From the NCBI GenBank assembly GCA_030390025.1, contig JASTWF010000036.1, positions 3,102,001-3,166,000 on the forward strand: 64,000 bases of DNA, given 5' to 3'. The notes under the pieces were generated by a model. It was given only the letters and a program-made list of their open reading frames with translations. It did no database searches and had not been told where the DNA came from. This document shows, one piece after another, positions 52,090 to 63,894 of the stretch (its first letter is position 1; the number at the start of each line of letters is the position of its first letter). The position numbers and the translations under genes were made by a program. Origin of the DNA: Squalus acanthias. Lineage: Eukaryota.

Positions 52090-52517
52090 GGATAGGCTGG
52101 AGTTGTTTTTCTTTGCAACAGAGGAGGTTGAGGGGAGACCCAATTGAGGTGTATAAAATTATGAGGGGCCCAGATAGAGTGGATAGGAAGGAACTGTTTC
52201 CCTTGGCAGAGGGATCAACAACCAGGGGGCACAGATTTAAGGTAAATGGTAGGAGGTTTAGAGGGGATTTGAGGGGAAATTTTTTCACCCAGAGGGTGGT
52301 GGGTGTCTGGAACTCACTGCCTGAAAGGGTGGTAGAGGCAGAAACTCTCATCACATTTAAAAAGTACTTGGATGTGCACTTGAGGTGCCGCAATCTACAG
52401 GGCCAAGGACCAAGAGCTGGAAAGTGGGATTAGGCTGGAGAGCTCTTTGTCAGCCGGCACGGACAGGATGGGCCAAACGGGCTCCTTCTGTGCTGTAAAT
52501 TTCTATGATTCTATGGT
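52090..52517 (+). mobile_element. CR1 LINE 3' fragment
   Basis: QRRLRGDPIEVYKIMRG...WNSLPERVVEA. Confidence 0.85.
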
Positions 52518-52821
52518 TCCGGCCATGGAGGGAGCATTAACGCGGCCAGTCAGACTGTTAATCAGCCTGCAAATCCTTCCACTACTTCACACTGTTCCCC
52601 AAAGGGAACAGCGTGAAGACACGAAAAGAAGAAGTAAATATTCAGAGAGATAACCAACCAGTATCCAGGTGAGAAAATTGCTTCCGATTAAAACGATTTT
52701 GCTAATGAATTCTACAAATGTCTTTGAACGATTTATTGACGAATGTACCACGAGGTTAGAATAGAGGGCGGTGAGAAACTTGAGAGAAGCAAAGGGAGAG
52801 AAACTGGATCAGGGTATTTGA

Positions 52822-53248
52822 GCAACAACAACAACAACAACTTGTATTTATATAGCGCCTTTAACGTAGTAAAACGTCCCAAGGCGCTGCACAGGAGTAT
52901 TTTAAGACAAAAAATTTGACACTGAGCCACATAAGGATAAATTAGGGCAGGTGACCAAAAGCTTGGTCAAAGAGGTAGGTTTTAAGGAGCGTCTTAAAGG
53001 AGGAGAGAGAGGTAGAGAGGTGGAGAGGTTTAGGGAGGGAATTCCAGAGCTTAGGGCCCAGGCAGCTGAAGGCACGGCCACCGATGGTTGAGCGATTATA
53101 ATCAGGGGTGCTCAAGAGGGCAGAATTAGAGGAGCGCAGATATCTCGGGGGGTTGTGGGGCTGAAGGAGATTACAGAGATAGGGAGGGGCGAGGGCCATG
53201 GAGGGATTTGAAAACAAGGATGAGAATTTTGAAATCGAGGCGAGTTAA
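52822..53248 (-). mobile_element. L2 LINE 3' fragment
   Basis: APPYLCNLLQ...STIGGRAFSCLGPKLWNSLP; (GTT)n tail. Confidence 0.85.
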
Positions 53249-53519
53249 GATGCAGTTTGTCTGCAGAGGCTTCATTCTTTCTCCCAATAGATGGTTCTTT
53301 GGCAGACAAGCCGTTTGTGAAGATGACAAAAAGCTTTGACTGGTGGGGAGCTTCTTTGATCTGATTTTAAGGCATTGCAAAATATCAATCAGCTCCAAAG
53401 TGTGGATTATCTGTGACAGTAGCAGGGGGGTGGGTGGGGGCGGACTGATCAGGTATTGATGCACCTGTTGCCCTTTTGCCATTACACTAACTGAGATCCT
53501 CATCAGAGCTGGAAGAAAG

Positions 53520-53622
53520 GTTCTGACGAAAGGTCATCGACCTGAAACGTTAACTCTGTTTCTCTCTCCACAGATGCTGCCTGACCTGCTGAGTGTTTCC
53601 AGCATTTTTTGTTTTTATTATT
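53520..53622 (+). mobile_element. Penelope-like terminal fragment with a minimal hammerhead motif (53520-53554)
   Basis: GTT-CTGACGA-a-AGGTC-atc-GACCT-GAAA-CGT-T-AAC. Confidence 0.75.
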
Positions 53623-56600
53623 TTTTTAAAAACCAGACGGAGTCTTTATGGTGAGTTTGAAATTGGGGCCCTTGGCCAAATCACTGCTCAGAACTGTGGC
53701 CCTTCACAAAACGTTAGCGAGAGCCCTTGGGTTCGAGAGAGTCCCAAGGTATTCTTTGAATCAGTGCTGAGAGGGCAGCTCTTCAGCTGAGCACTTCCTG
53801 CTGCTGAACTTGACCTGTGCTGTGTTCTCCCCGTTGAGTCAGAAACATTCACTCAGCCACCTCCCTGTGGAGTAACACCTGCAACACTAAACAAAAGTGC
53901 ACTTCCTCTGCTAAATGGCTATAACTGTCTGAACGTACAGATTCTAAGCAGAGCTCAGAGGACCTTGAACTAATTATAACCCCCAGAAATCTGCCTCCCT
54001 GCCCCTGTAGAGATAAGACCTCTGTCTTCAGAATTCTCCAGGCATGGAAGTTGGTCCAAAGATTCCACACTTTCCCTCGTATCTAAAACCAGACTAGGGA
54101 CAGGACAAGGACAGGGGGTGTCGAGGGATGGAGGAGGGCGGGGGGGGGATATCATGGCATGAGCGCTGTTGATTGTAAACTTTTAATAATTAATGCCTGC
54201 ACATCATGGGTCACAGAAGTCAATGAAACACTGTTGGTATAAATGTAGCTCTTTGGCATGCGGTTTTTGTTTTCAAAATGTCAGGGCAGCCCATTCAAAA
54301 CGGGACTGCCCAGTCCAAAACTAGACAGGCGGCAACCTCAGGTGGGCACAGGCCTGAGGGCTTAACCACCTGTCTTTGCCAGGGAACGATGCAATGTGTG
54401 GGCAGAGCTAAAGGTAAGACAAAAGAATATGGTTTACTTATACAGTACTGTACAAAAGGGTGAAGGTGGTAACTTTGAGACGCAGATTAACGGTTCAGTG
54501 AAAAGTATCAAACTGCCCAGTTTGACACGGTCACACTGATTGGTCTGCATTCACAAATTGAGAAACACTGAGCACCAATCAGAAACAAGGACGATTTCAG
54601 TCTCTCCGATAATGCACACCTTGCAACTGATGCACAGGTTTAATTTAACACTGTACAGTACCATACACTAAACTGTAATGAACTCACTTCAGGTTACTAA
54701 CAGTAATTGTTGCTGCACAAGACAGACTTTCCTTAAAAATTCAGTAGACAGTAATTCAGTGTCTATACTCACGATACAGGCCCAGCTCGACAGGACCAGC
54801 CAAACGCAAGGTCAGCCGGTTAAAATAAATCATGACGCTAGGAGGCACTCTGAGGTCACAGGTGGCACCGCTGTACAGCCGGCTCCAGTACAATGTCCAG
54901 GAGCAGGAAGCCCTTCCAGTTTTCTCTTGCCCCCCATCCTGATGCAGTGCAGCCAATTGTAACAATACTACTGCCCCTCAAACTGAGATGAGCTGTCTCA
55001 GTACAGGCCGGAATTGAACCTGGGACCTTCTGGGTCTGAATGAGATTAAAGGGGTGAAATTCAATTTTGGCGGAAGTGCTAATCGGGCGTATCGCACGGG
55101 ACATCTGTTATACGCTCCACTTGATGTTCAGTTCTTTTGAAGGTAACGGAACCGGGGAGTATAAGGGGAGACCGATTCGATACCCCAGACAAATTTCTAC
55201 CCCTAAGTCTCCACATCTGGGCCCACCGGGACACCTTTAAAACTCTTTGAACAGCTGCAGAACAGTTTGTGCTACGGGAGACACAGCGTCTCCTGCAGCC
55301 TGGGCCTCCCAACTGCCAATAGTGAGAATCTCGCAACAAGCTGGTGGCCAAAAACATCCTGAAATGGCGACGATTCCCCTTTAACGCTTGTCCCCACCCC
55401 CACCCCCGAAACAATCGGCCAATACCATTTTTAGACCGGTGGAGAGTTTGAAGTGAGGAAAACAGGGTATTAAAAAGAAATGCCATTCTCAGCATAACAA
55501 GGAGGGAGGAAAACACCCAAATTGAATTCTGAAGCATAATAATTACTTTGCAGAAAAACTGTCAAATTAAAAGTGAAAGGTCTGGTCCTGTTCATTGGTC
55601 TGTTTCGTGAATAAGTCTCCAAAACATCTTCAATGTGCCAAGACATTCAAGTGCACAGATTCTTTCAGAAAAATCAAACAAAAGGCTGTATCTCCGTAAC
55701 AGGAGCCATATTTGTATGTTTCTGATTACCACAGTGGAGCCTCTTTGAGTTTGGTGCCCAGTTAAGACCGGATTGATTCTGTTTAAAGGGGCAATGACCC
55801 CAAATGCATTTGTACTCCACCCAGTCACAGTCAGTGGGAGGGGAGGGCTATTCAAAGGAATTTTAGAGCTTGGATGGAGGTTTGGGGACAATGCAATTTG
55901 TTGACGCTTCCTTGACTTGAAGTCTCTGCCCACAGTTCCTGGTTCGCTTTGTGATGTACCAAGAACTAGGGCTGGATGAATGGAAGCTTGGTGTCATTTG
56001 CACATTTACTGCATGGTTCTTAATCCCTTCACTGCACTGAAGAAAAAGTATCAAATGAAAAGCAACACAGCCAATGCCACAACTCTGAAATAGAAACAGA
56101 AAATGCTGGACATTGAAACGGGTCTTACAGAGAAAGAGGGGATTTGGGGGAGAATGTTGATCCAGGGTCTCACCTGAAACCTTAACATACACCTTTCCTT
56201 TTTCACACCCGCTGTGTATTTCCAGCATTTTCTGTTTTTATCACGCTTGAAACAGGATTTGTCCCAGAGTCCTTCCAGTAATAGAAATATAATTGAGACG
56301 CACAGTGAATCCTAAAAGGCACATCACTTCACAGAGAACATTCATCGTCACAGAACTCGGTTAAAGCAATCTATTCTATGGAGTGGCCATTACTTTTCAG
56401 TTTTAGTTTCTGATAAAATGACTTTCCTCTTAAAAAAGTAACGGATCAGGATTCATTTTAAATGTTACAGATCTCCGCACACTAGTGTTTATCAGTGCTC
56501 TGTACCCCCAGGCAGAACACCTGGGTTGGTCCCATAGCTTCCTGTCAGCAGGTGCTTGAGACTTCCTGTGATCTGGCTACACAATGGGCCTGGTGCTGTC

Positions 56601-56994
56601 ACCTAGGAGATGCCAACGTCATTGGTGAAGTACTGAAAGTTGCCAGTTTGCTTGCTGCCGTGTTTTATGCAGTTATGGCTGTCGGTCGGGGCCCTGTGAG
56701 TGGCCATTTTGTGTTTCTATTGCCCGAAGGGTGCTGGTGCGTGCGGATTCGCCCGATTACATTGTGGGGCAGGAGTCCGTGTGGGTGGAAACACTGAAAC
56801 GACTGCACATTGCCGGCCTGTATGGGCAGGCCAATAACATGTCCTGTTCGAGTAGGCCCAAAGCTAGAATCGTTTGGTGGCCCATGGCACCCAGCATCAG
56901 CGGCTATTTCGGTTTGGCATCGATTGTGCCATCATGTTTATATTACAGGCCTGCCAACAGAGCTGGAGCCGGCTCCAGTGGCAAAGCTGTAATA

Positions 56995-57260
56995 TAAGAA
57001 GGATTAGAGGGGATTTGAGGAGAACTTTTTTCACCCAGAGGGTGGTGGGGGTCTGGAATGCACTGTCTGAAAGGGTGGTAGAGGCAGAAACCCTCATCAC
57101 ATTTAAAAAGTACTTGGATATGCACTTGAAGTGCCGTAACCTACAGGGCTACGGACCAAGAGCTGGAAAGTGGGATTAGGCTGGAGAGCTCTTTTTCAGC
57201 CGGCACAGACACGATGGGCCGAATGGCCTCCTTCTGTGCTGTAAATGTCTATGATTCTAT
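56995..57260 (+). mobile_element. CR1 LINE 3' fragment
   Basis: RGDLRRTFFTQRVVGVWNAL...GYGPRAGKWD. Confidence 0.8.
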
Positions 57261-58153
57261 GGGGGAAAAATTCAGTTGGTTGCGCCTCCCGTTAGCGCCT
57301 TAAGAGGGCGCTAATGGGGCGCAAAGCATCTAGCACCCAGGCGCGGCGAAGTTTGCGCCGCTCGCGAAATTAACTAGACATTTTGCGGCGGCGCTAAACA
57401 CTACCGCCACGATCTCCTGCGCCGGCAGATCATGACGTCACTCGAGTGCACAACGCCCCGGTATCGCCCCGGAGCGGATATTGAGTGGCGCCCCCTGCCT
57501 TACCGCCTGACGCTAGCAACAACAGGTTGAGGGGAGCGTTCTGCAGTCATGAAGGGAAAGGGGGAGCGCTATTTAAAGGTGACCGCTTCCTGCCTTTTAT
57601 TGTTGGTGCCATTTTTGAACTACGCATTCTGAGAGAGAGAGGGAGAGACTTCTGGAGAGATTCAACGTTGTGTGAAGGAGTTTTGGGTACTGAGCAGCAC
57701 TTTGCAGGTTCATTTTGATTTGCCATTCCTTGTATCGATTTAGCAGAGATTGTGGGGGCTGCACTCTGAGCTCTTTGCCTGGTACTCTCCATTGTTCTTT
57801 CCAGCACATTTGATATGCAGGTCTCTCCAGGCCGAGATTCAAGGCTGCAATGAGCAGGATGTGGATGGAAAGCAAGATTAACCATCCCCTTTAAGATCTG
57901 GCCCGTGCCATTGTGTGTGTGTTCCATTGCTGACTGACATTACATGAGCTTCGCCAGCGCTCTGAGGTAGCGCCTCGCTCCTCGGCATTTGCGCCTTAAG
58001 ACAGGTGTGAAGCGCCTGATATAGCGCTGCAATCACCTCCAGGGGCGATAAAAGTCAAGTTTGCAGTCGGTGGCGATAATTAGCGCCAGGCGCTAATCTT
58101 TGCGCCCGGCCGATAATTGCGCCCCAAATGGGGCGATACTGAATTTCTCCCCC
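57261..58153. mobile_element. PIF/Harbinger-type non-autonomous DNA transposon, 893 bp, copy 2 (inverted relative to copy 1)
   Basis: TIR GGGGGAAAAATTCAG / CTGAATTTCTCCCCC; 3-bp TSD TAT; reverse-complement match to 46037-46914; sits in the (CTATGATT)n tail of a CR1. Confidence 0.85.
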
Positions 58154-58307
58154 TATGATTCTAATTTCTATGATTCTATAAAATGCAGAATTTGTGCTAA
58201 ATATTCTCCAGCAGTGATACCGTGAACAGGCATCTGAATTCAGCAATCTAGATCAGGATCTGGTGTGAGTTGGCAGCAGCAGTTTTACAGCATTAAACCT
58301 GAAATCA

Positions 58308-58605
58308 GTCATAGAGTCATAACGGCACAGAAGGAGGCCATTCGGCCCATCGAGTCCATGCCGGCTCTCTGTAGAGCAATCCAGTCAGTCCCATTCCCCC
58401 GCTCTATCCCCGTAGCCCTGCAAGTTTATTTCCCTCAAGTGCCTATCCAGTCTCCCCCTGAAAACATTGAGTGTCTCCGCTTCCACCACTTCCGTCGGCA
58501 GCGAGTTCCAGGTCCTCACCACTCGCTGCGTAAAAAAGTTTTTCCTCACATCCCCCCCTGTATCTCTTGCCCAAAAACCTTAAATCTGTGTCCCCTAGTC
58601 CTTAG
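58308..58605 (-). mobile_element. CR1 LINE 3' fragment
   Basis: Reverse complement of the CR1 3' ORF end and tail. Confidence 0.7.
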
Positions 58606-58733
58606 AATTGAACAAAGACTACTGTCAGTAACCTTTCCCAACATTTAGGTGTATCTTCCAATTCTGATGATTTAAATGGTCCTTTAAGAACAATTCTTTG
58701 CTTGACATCTCAGCTCAGTCATTTAAATCTGAT

Positions 58734-58938
58734 GTGGAGATGCCGGTGTTGGACTGGGGTGGACAAAAGTGAGAAGTCGCACAACACCAGGTTATAGTCC
58801 AACAGTTTTATTTGAAATCACAAGCTTTCGGAGCGCTGCTCCTTCGTCAGGTGACTTCACCGGATGAAGGAGCAGCGCTCCGAAAGCTTGTGATTTCAAA
58901 TAAAGCTGTTGGACTATAACCTGGTGTTGTGCGACTTC
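58734..58938. mobile_element. Penelope-like insertion (second family) made of inverted terminal repeats
   Basis: Arms of about 75-85 bp (58780-58854, 58857-58941) form a near-perfect palindrome; flanking 15-bp duplication tcatttaaatctgat (58719-58733, 58939-58953); each arm has a hammerhead-like motif. Confidence 0.8.
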
Positions 58939-61109
58939 TCATTTAAATCTGATTACATGCTCAGTAAGATTCTTTAGTGTTTCTTTGGTAAAGTGCAGCT
59001 GATGACTCTAATCATGAGTTCAATAATACACTACTCATGACAGCGGGTTTATACTCTGCAGCAGCGTGCAATTAATAAATGTGGTCTGTTACTCGATTAT
59101 TGTTACACTGTTTGGTTGCAATCTTTGAGCCGTAGCCTCGATGTGCCATGCAGTAGGTTGGATGTGGTTTTCTGCCCGCGATTCCTCACAGAATGCATTC
59201 CTGATCTGAGTAGGTCCTAAATGGAGGTGGGAAGCATGGGAGAAAAGGGGAAAATAGATATAGAGATAGGGAGGGGCAAGGGTGAGAGAGAGAGAGAATC
59301 ATTGAGCAAGTCAATCTTCTTCACTCTCATATATTCCCTTCTAACTGACCAATTGATTGACGAACCTGGATGCAGGTTGTCTCAGTTTCAAAGAATTTGT
59401 GCGTGGTGTGTTCGAAACATTGAGAGGGGAACACTAAAACTGGGGGGTGGGGGGGCGTGGGGGGTGAAGATACTTCTTATTTCCTTCCTTACCTCTTTAC
59501 CCAATGTTGTCTATTTATCTCCATGAGATGTTCCACAAGGTAGCCCAGGAGATTACACTTGTGGCGGGCAGATTCAAGTGGCAGAAACGTCGGACTCAAA
59601 ACAAATGACTACAAGGATATCAAGTTTGGATCTTAAAAGAATTCACGGACACTTCGTTTTAATTTATAAAGGGTCATTTTGCAAGCCCCCACTCCAGTGT
59701 GAAGCCTCCCTTTAGTGTTATACCCCTATCTCTGACCTGTGCTCCACTGAGTGAAGCTTCACACTGGAACCTCACCTCACAAAATGACTCCATAGTCTGT
59801 GACTACTTGAGTTATGATGGGATGAGTATATATTGTCTGCCAAAATGATAGTCTTGATCACTGAAAGATGAGACTGAAAGTCTAGTCCATCGATCCGTTG
59901 GCCGATCCCATGTTTAGGAAGACAGTATACAAAAATTCAGTTGTGGCTACTCATTCAAACCTTCAAGCAGTTTACAGGCAATGTTCCCTGTACGCTGCAC
60001 TTTGTTCTGCGCGACCTGTTTCTTTCAATGTGTGGTCCCTTTAAATTCCTTCGCACGTGCATTATTTCCAAGGATATGCTGATTGGTGAGACGAAGAGGG
60101 GTGGGAGGAGGCGCGTGTGGAGCATAAACACCAGCACGGAGCAGTTGGGCCGAATGGCCTGTTTCTGCGCTGTACATTCTATGTCAGTCACCTCATTGCT
60201 GTTTGTGGGATCTTGCTGTGCTCAAACTGGCTGCTGCCTTTACCTACATTACAACAGCGATTACACTTCAAAAAGTAATTCATTGGCTGTGAATTGCTTT
60301 GGGAAGTCCTGGGGATGTGAAAAGCGCAAGTTCTCACACTTCAATTCGATATTTCTTCAATATTGCAATTTCATTTTGAAAAAGTGTCGCCATAGCCTCT
60401 TAACTCCCTATTGTATGAGATCACGCCACCCTCCTGACATTATGATTATTGTGCCATGATAGTCCGCATCAGAATAATCAGACGCGGACTCTGGATGGAG
60501 TGGGCTTGACGAGCCAGAAGGTCTTTTCCTGCTCCGGAACTTATCGACAGTGGAGCCATCAACTAAGAACACCTTTCAGCCAGTCCGCTTTCATTCAAAT
60601 ACGCCCTGACTGAGCGCTAAATGAGCAGTCAGGACGTGCTGTTCTATAGGTTACGTAACTGAGCTGGATCAGGTGGAAAATGACCCCACTTTCCTTCACA
60701 AAAGTCACATTGAACCTGGAAACCAAATCACAACAGATTATTTCATCAGGCTTCTGAGCCAAGGCAAGGTATTAGAAGCATGGTTTGAGCGGGCGGGCTT
60801 ATTACTTACATAAGCAACTAGTACGAATGACACCAAGTCTGCTAATCATTCAAAAGCAAGCATCATCATGTTACACGATCGTGAGATCACGGAAACATTG
60901 CAAAACAAAGTTGTCAAGTGTCAGTTCTGGGTTCAGATTTAAATTTTGTGGCTTTCACTGTCTCAAAGTGTCACCTTGTTCATTTTCAGTGCAGCTGTCA
61001 GTTGCTATAATCAGAAACATACGTGGTATTTTTTTTTGGGAGGGGGGGTGGTGGGTTGGGGTTGGATTTTTAGGCCGCATTATTTAAAGTATATAAAAAT
61101 AAATAAGAT

Positions 61110-61268
61110 TCACGAGTAGCCGTCACTGTCAATCCAGTGGGTCATCCATTCCTTCTGATATTGCGTCTTTTTTTCATCCATGTGTAGCTGTCGCTCTTCT
61201 TTTCCTATCCGCACGGCGTGGTATTGTGGCACGGTGTCATTGTAACGGGAACGCTTAAAAAATCCACA
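61110..61268 (-). CDS. ITGA6-like: Terminal coding exon of a laminin-binding integrin alpha (ITGA6/ITGA7/ITGA3 group), B-type cytoplasmic tail: CGFFKRSRYNDTVPQYHAVRIGKEERQLHMDEKKTQYQKEWMTHWIDSDGYS*
   Basis: GFFKR integrin-alpha membrane-proximal motif; YHAVRI and W-x-T-x-W...YS match alpha6B/alpha3B tails; TVPQYHAV matches alpha7B. Pyrimidine tract plus ggcag acceptor (AG at 61270-61269), phase 0, TGA stop at 61112-61110. Exact paralog uncertain. Confidence 0.9.
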   Translation of the reverse strand, partial: CGFFKRSRYNDTVPQYHAVRIGKEERQLHMDEKKTQYQKEWMTHWIDSDGYS

Positions 61269-63184
61269 CTGCCAATGAGAGAGAGAAAGAGAAGGCCATT
61301 TATTTTTGCTTTCTAAAATGTGGTGCAAAACAAATCACAGCCTTGGCACCAGACCGCGGGCATCCTTTGGTTTCTTTAAGCAGCATGTGGCATCGGTGGC
61401 TTCAGATGTGGCTCTCCCCCTGCCCCCCACCCCCTTACCCAATTTCCTCCCTTCATTTCCTTAAGGTGCTGTCTCTTTCTCGGGTGTAATTCTGTCGGCA
61501 GTGTCCTAAAAGGCCATTCTTCATGTGTGAGCCCAAATACTGAGTGTCAGCCTGCTATTTTACCATGGGCGGCATCACAACTGAACCTAATAATCCTATC
61601 CTCACCTGTGCCATTTCCAGTGGATTGTTTACCCCCTCGCCCTCCTCCCTGTCTCAGGGACACTTTAGCCAATTGTAGCCCGCTATCATTGATCTCCACT
61701 GAGATCAACTAAGTCAGCACGGACCAGTGGGGGGGCAGGTGGGGGGAGCGGGCGTGGGGGAGGCTGAAGCTGGGGCTCACCTCGTCCCTACTGTTCGTTT
61801 GACTTCTGGCCCACTCCATTTTCTGGGCTTTTTAAAATAGGCCAAGGTGCCTTTTTGTTTTTTGTGGCTTTGCATCACGCAATATCCTAGATCAATCACA
61901 AAAGGGCACGTCGATCACATCAGGCCACAAATCAGGCCCAACGGTTCTTCTTGTGAGCAGCATCCTTGCTGGAAAATATGGTATTCATATTGATTGAGGT
62001 ACAGGAGACCATTGCCTAGGGGCTGAGCGCATTGTCCATTCTACACCAGTTACTCCCACGATCAGAATGCGTGACGAATGGGAACTCACGCTGACGCAAG
62101 GAGTTCAGGTTGTCTAAAGGACAAAGCCCCACGTGGCACCCAGCTCGAGTTATCCTTCAGTGGCTGAAACTGACACCAGTCACAAAGTGGGGAAATGGGA
62201 AAACAAATTCTCCCACTGGCAAATTCTCATTCTTCCCAAGAGACCTTTAATAGAACACAAGTGTCTAAGGTTTAGAGCCAGGCTGGGAATGAATCTTCAG
62301 CATGGCAAGGCCTAATGGATGCTTGGAAACAGACAGGAGTCAGAGAGAATCAGGGAGAATGTCAGGACGATGATGGCACTCGTGCTCGGCTTAGGAATTG
62401 GGGCGTGCCGGTTTTTGGGCGTGCGGGGGTGGGGGATGCAGGGTACGATCCCTGCGGCCTGAATAGTAAGGCCTGAGGCACCCCTGATATTGGGCTTCGG
62501 GCCTCAATACCAGGGAGCCGGCGAGCTGAGGTGATCAGCCGGCGAAGGGTAAGTGACGATCGGGCCGCTGCGACGCGAGCACCGTTCCTCAGGTAACTTC
62601 ATTGGAGAGCAAAATCGGAACGGGGTGTAAAACGAGCGTTGCACCCGATCCCGACAGTTTCCTGGCCGATGGGTGAGGCTAAAATTGCCTGCCAAGTGTC
62701 CGCAATCTATTCCAGCATGGGGGCGATTACAGTCAAGCCCAGTCCTGTCTGCATCCGATCTCCACACACGCACTTGCTAGCAGGGGTCACTGGCTAGTGA
62801 TCAGGAATGGAACCCTAGGTGATTATTTCCACCCCCCAACTCCTCCTTCTGCCCTAACTCAGCACAGACTAGGGATCAAACTTGGGACCTTCTGGTCTGT
62901 GTGGTTCAATATTACACCAGGCATTGCTTTTAGCTACAAGGTCATTGGGGGAGCTCAACTTACTTCTGACAACCATTTAGTCTGGGCTCCTTTCTTACAG
63001 GTTACGTGCCTGTTTATAAAAGTTTGTTCCATTATAGACACCAGTAAAGAAGAAATCTTTCACCACCTCCTTTCCCCTCCAATGTATGGCTGCTCAACTT
63101 CATCTGTGAGGACAGTTATGTGTCATAACAACAGAAAATGCTGGAAACACTCAGCAGGTCAGGCAGCATCCATGGAGAGAGGAA

Positions 63185-63757
63185 CATAAGAACATAAGAA
63201 ATAGGAGCAGGAGGAGGCCATTTGGCCCCTCGAGCCTGCTCTGCTATTCAATAAGATCATGGCTGATCTTCTACCTCATTTCCTGCACTATCCCCATATC
63301 CCTTGATTCCCTTAATATTCAAAAATCTATCGATCTCTGTCTTGAATATACTCAACGACTGAGCCTCCACAGCCCTCTGGGGCAGAGAATTCCAAAGATT
63401 CACCACCCTCTGAGTGAAGAAATTTCTCCTCATCTCAGTCCTAAATGGCCGACCCCTTATTCTGAGACTGTGACCCCTCGTTCTAGACTCCCCAGCCAGG
63501 GGAAACATCCTCCCTGCATCTACCCTGTCAAGCCCTGTAAGAATTTTGTATGTTTCAATGAGATCACCACTCATTCTTCTAAACTCTAGAGAATATAGGC
63601 CTAGTCTACTCAATCTCTCCTCATAGGACAATCCCCCCATCCCAGGAACCAGTCTGGGGAACCTTCGTTGCACTCGCTCTATGGCAAGTATATCCTTCTT
63701 TAGGTAAGGAGACCAAAACTGTACACAATACTCCAGGTGTGGTCTCACCAGGGCCCT
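63185..63757 (-). mobile_element. CR1 LINE 3' fragment lying between inverted Penelope-like arms (63127-63186 and 63760-63885)
   Basis: ORF 63257-63769 ALVRPHLEYCVQFWSPY...; the flanks are reverse complements of each other. Confidence 0.85.
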
Positions 63758-63894
63758 TTGAAGGGTCACAGACCTGAACCGTTAACTCTGTTTCTCTCTC
63801 CATGGATGCTGCCGGACCTGCTGAGTGTTTCCAGCATTTTCTGTTGTTATTTCAGATTTCCAGCATCTGCAGTATTTTGCTATTGTACGGATAT

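Noticed and set aside
55051..55203. Small GGGG-AAATT-ended MITE-like element
   Set aside because: TIR imperfect and TSD does not match (aaa vs taa); too degraded to call.
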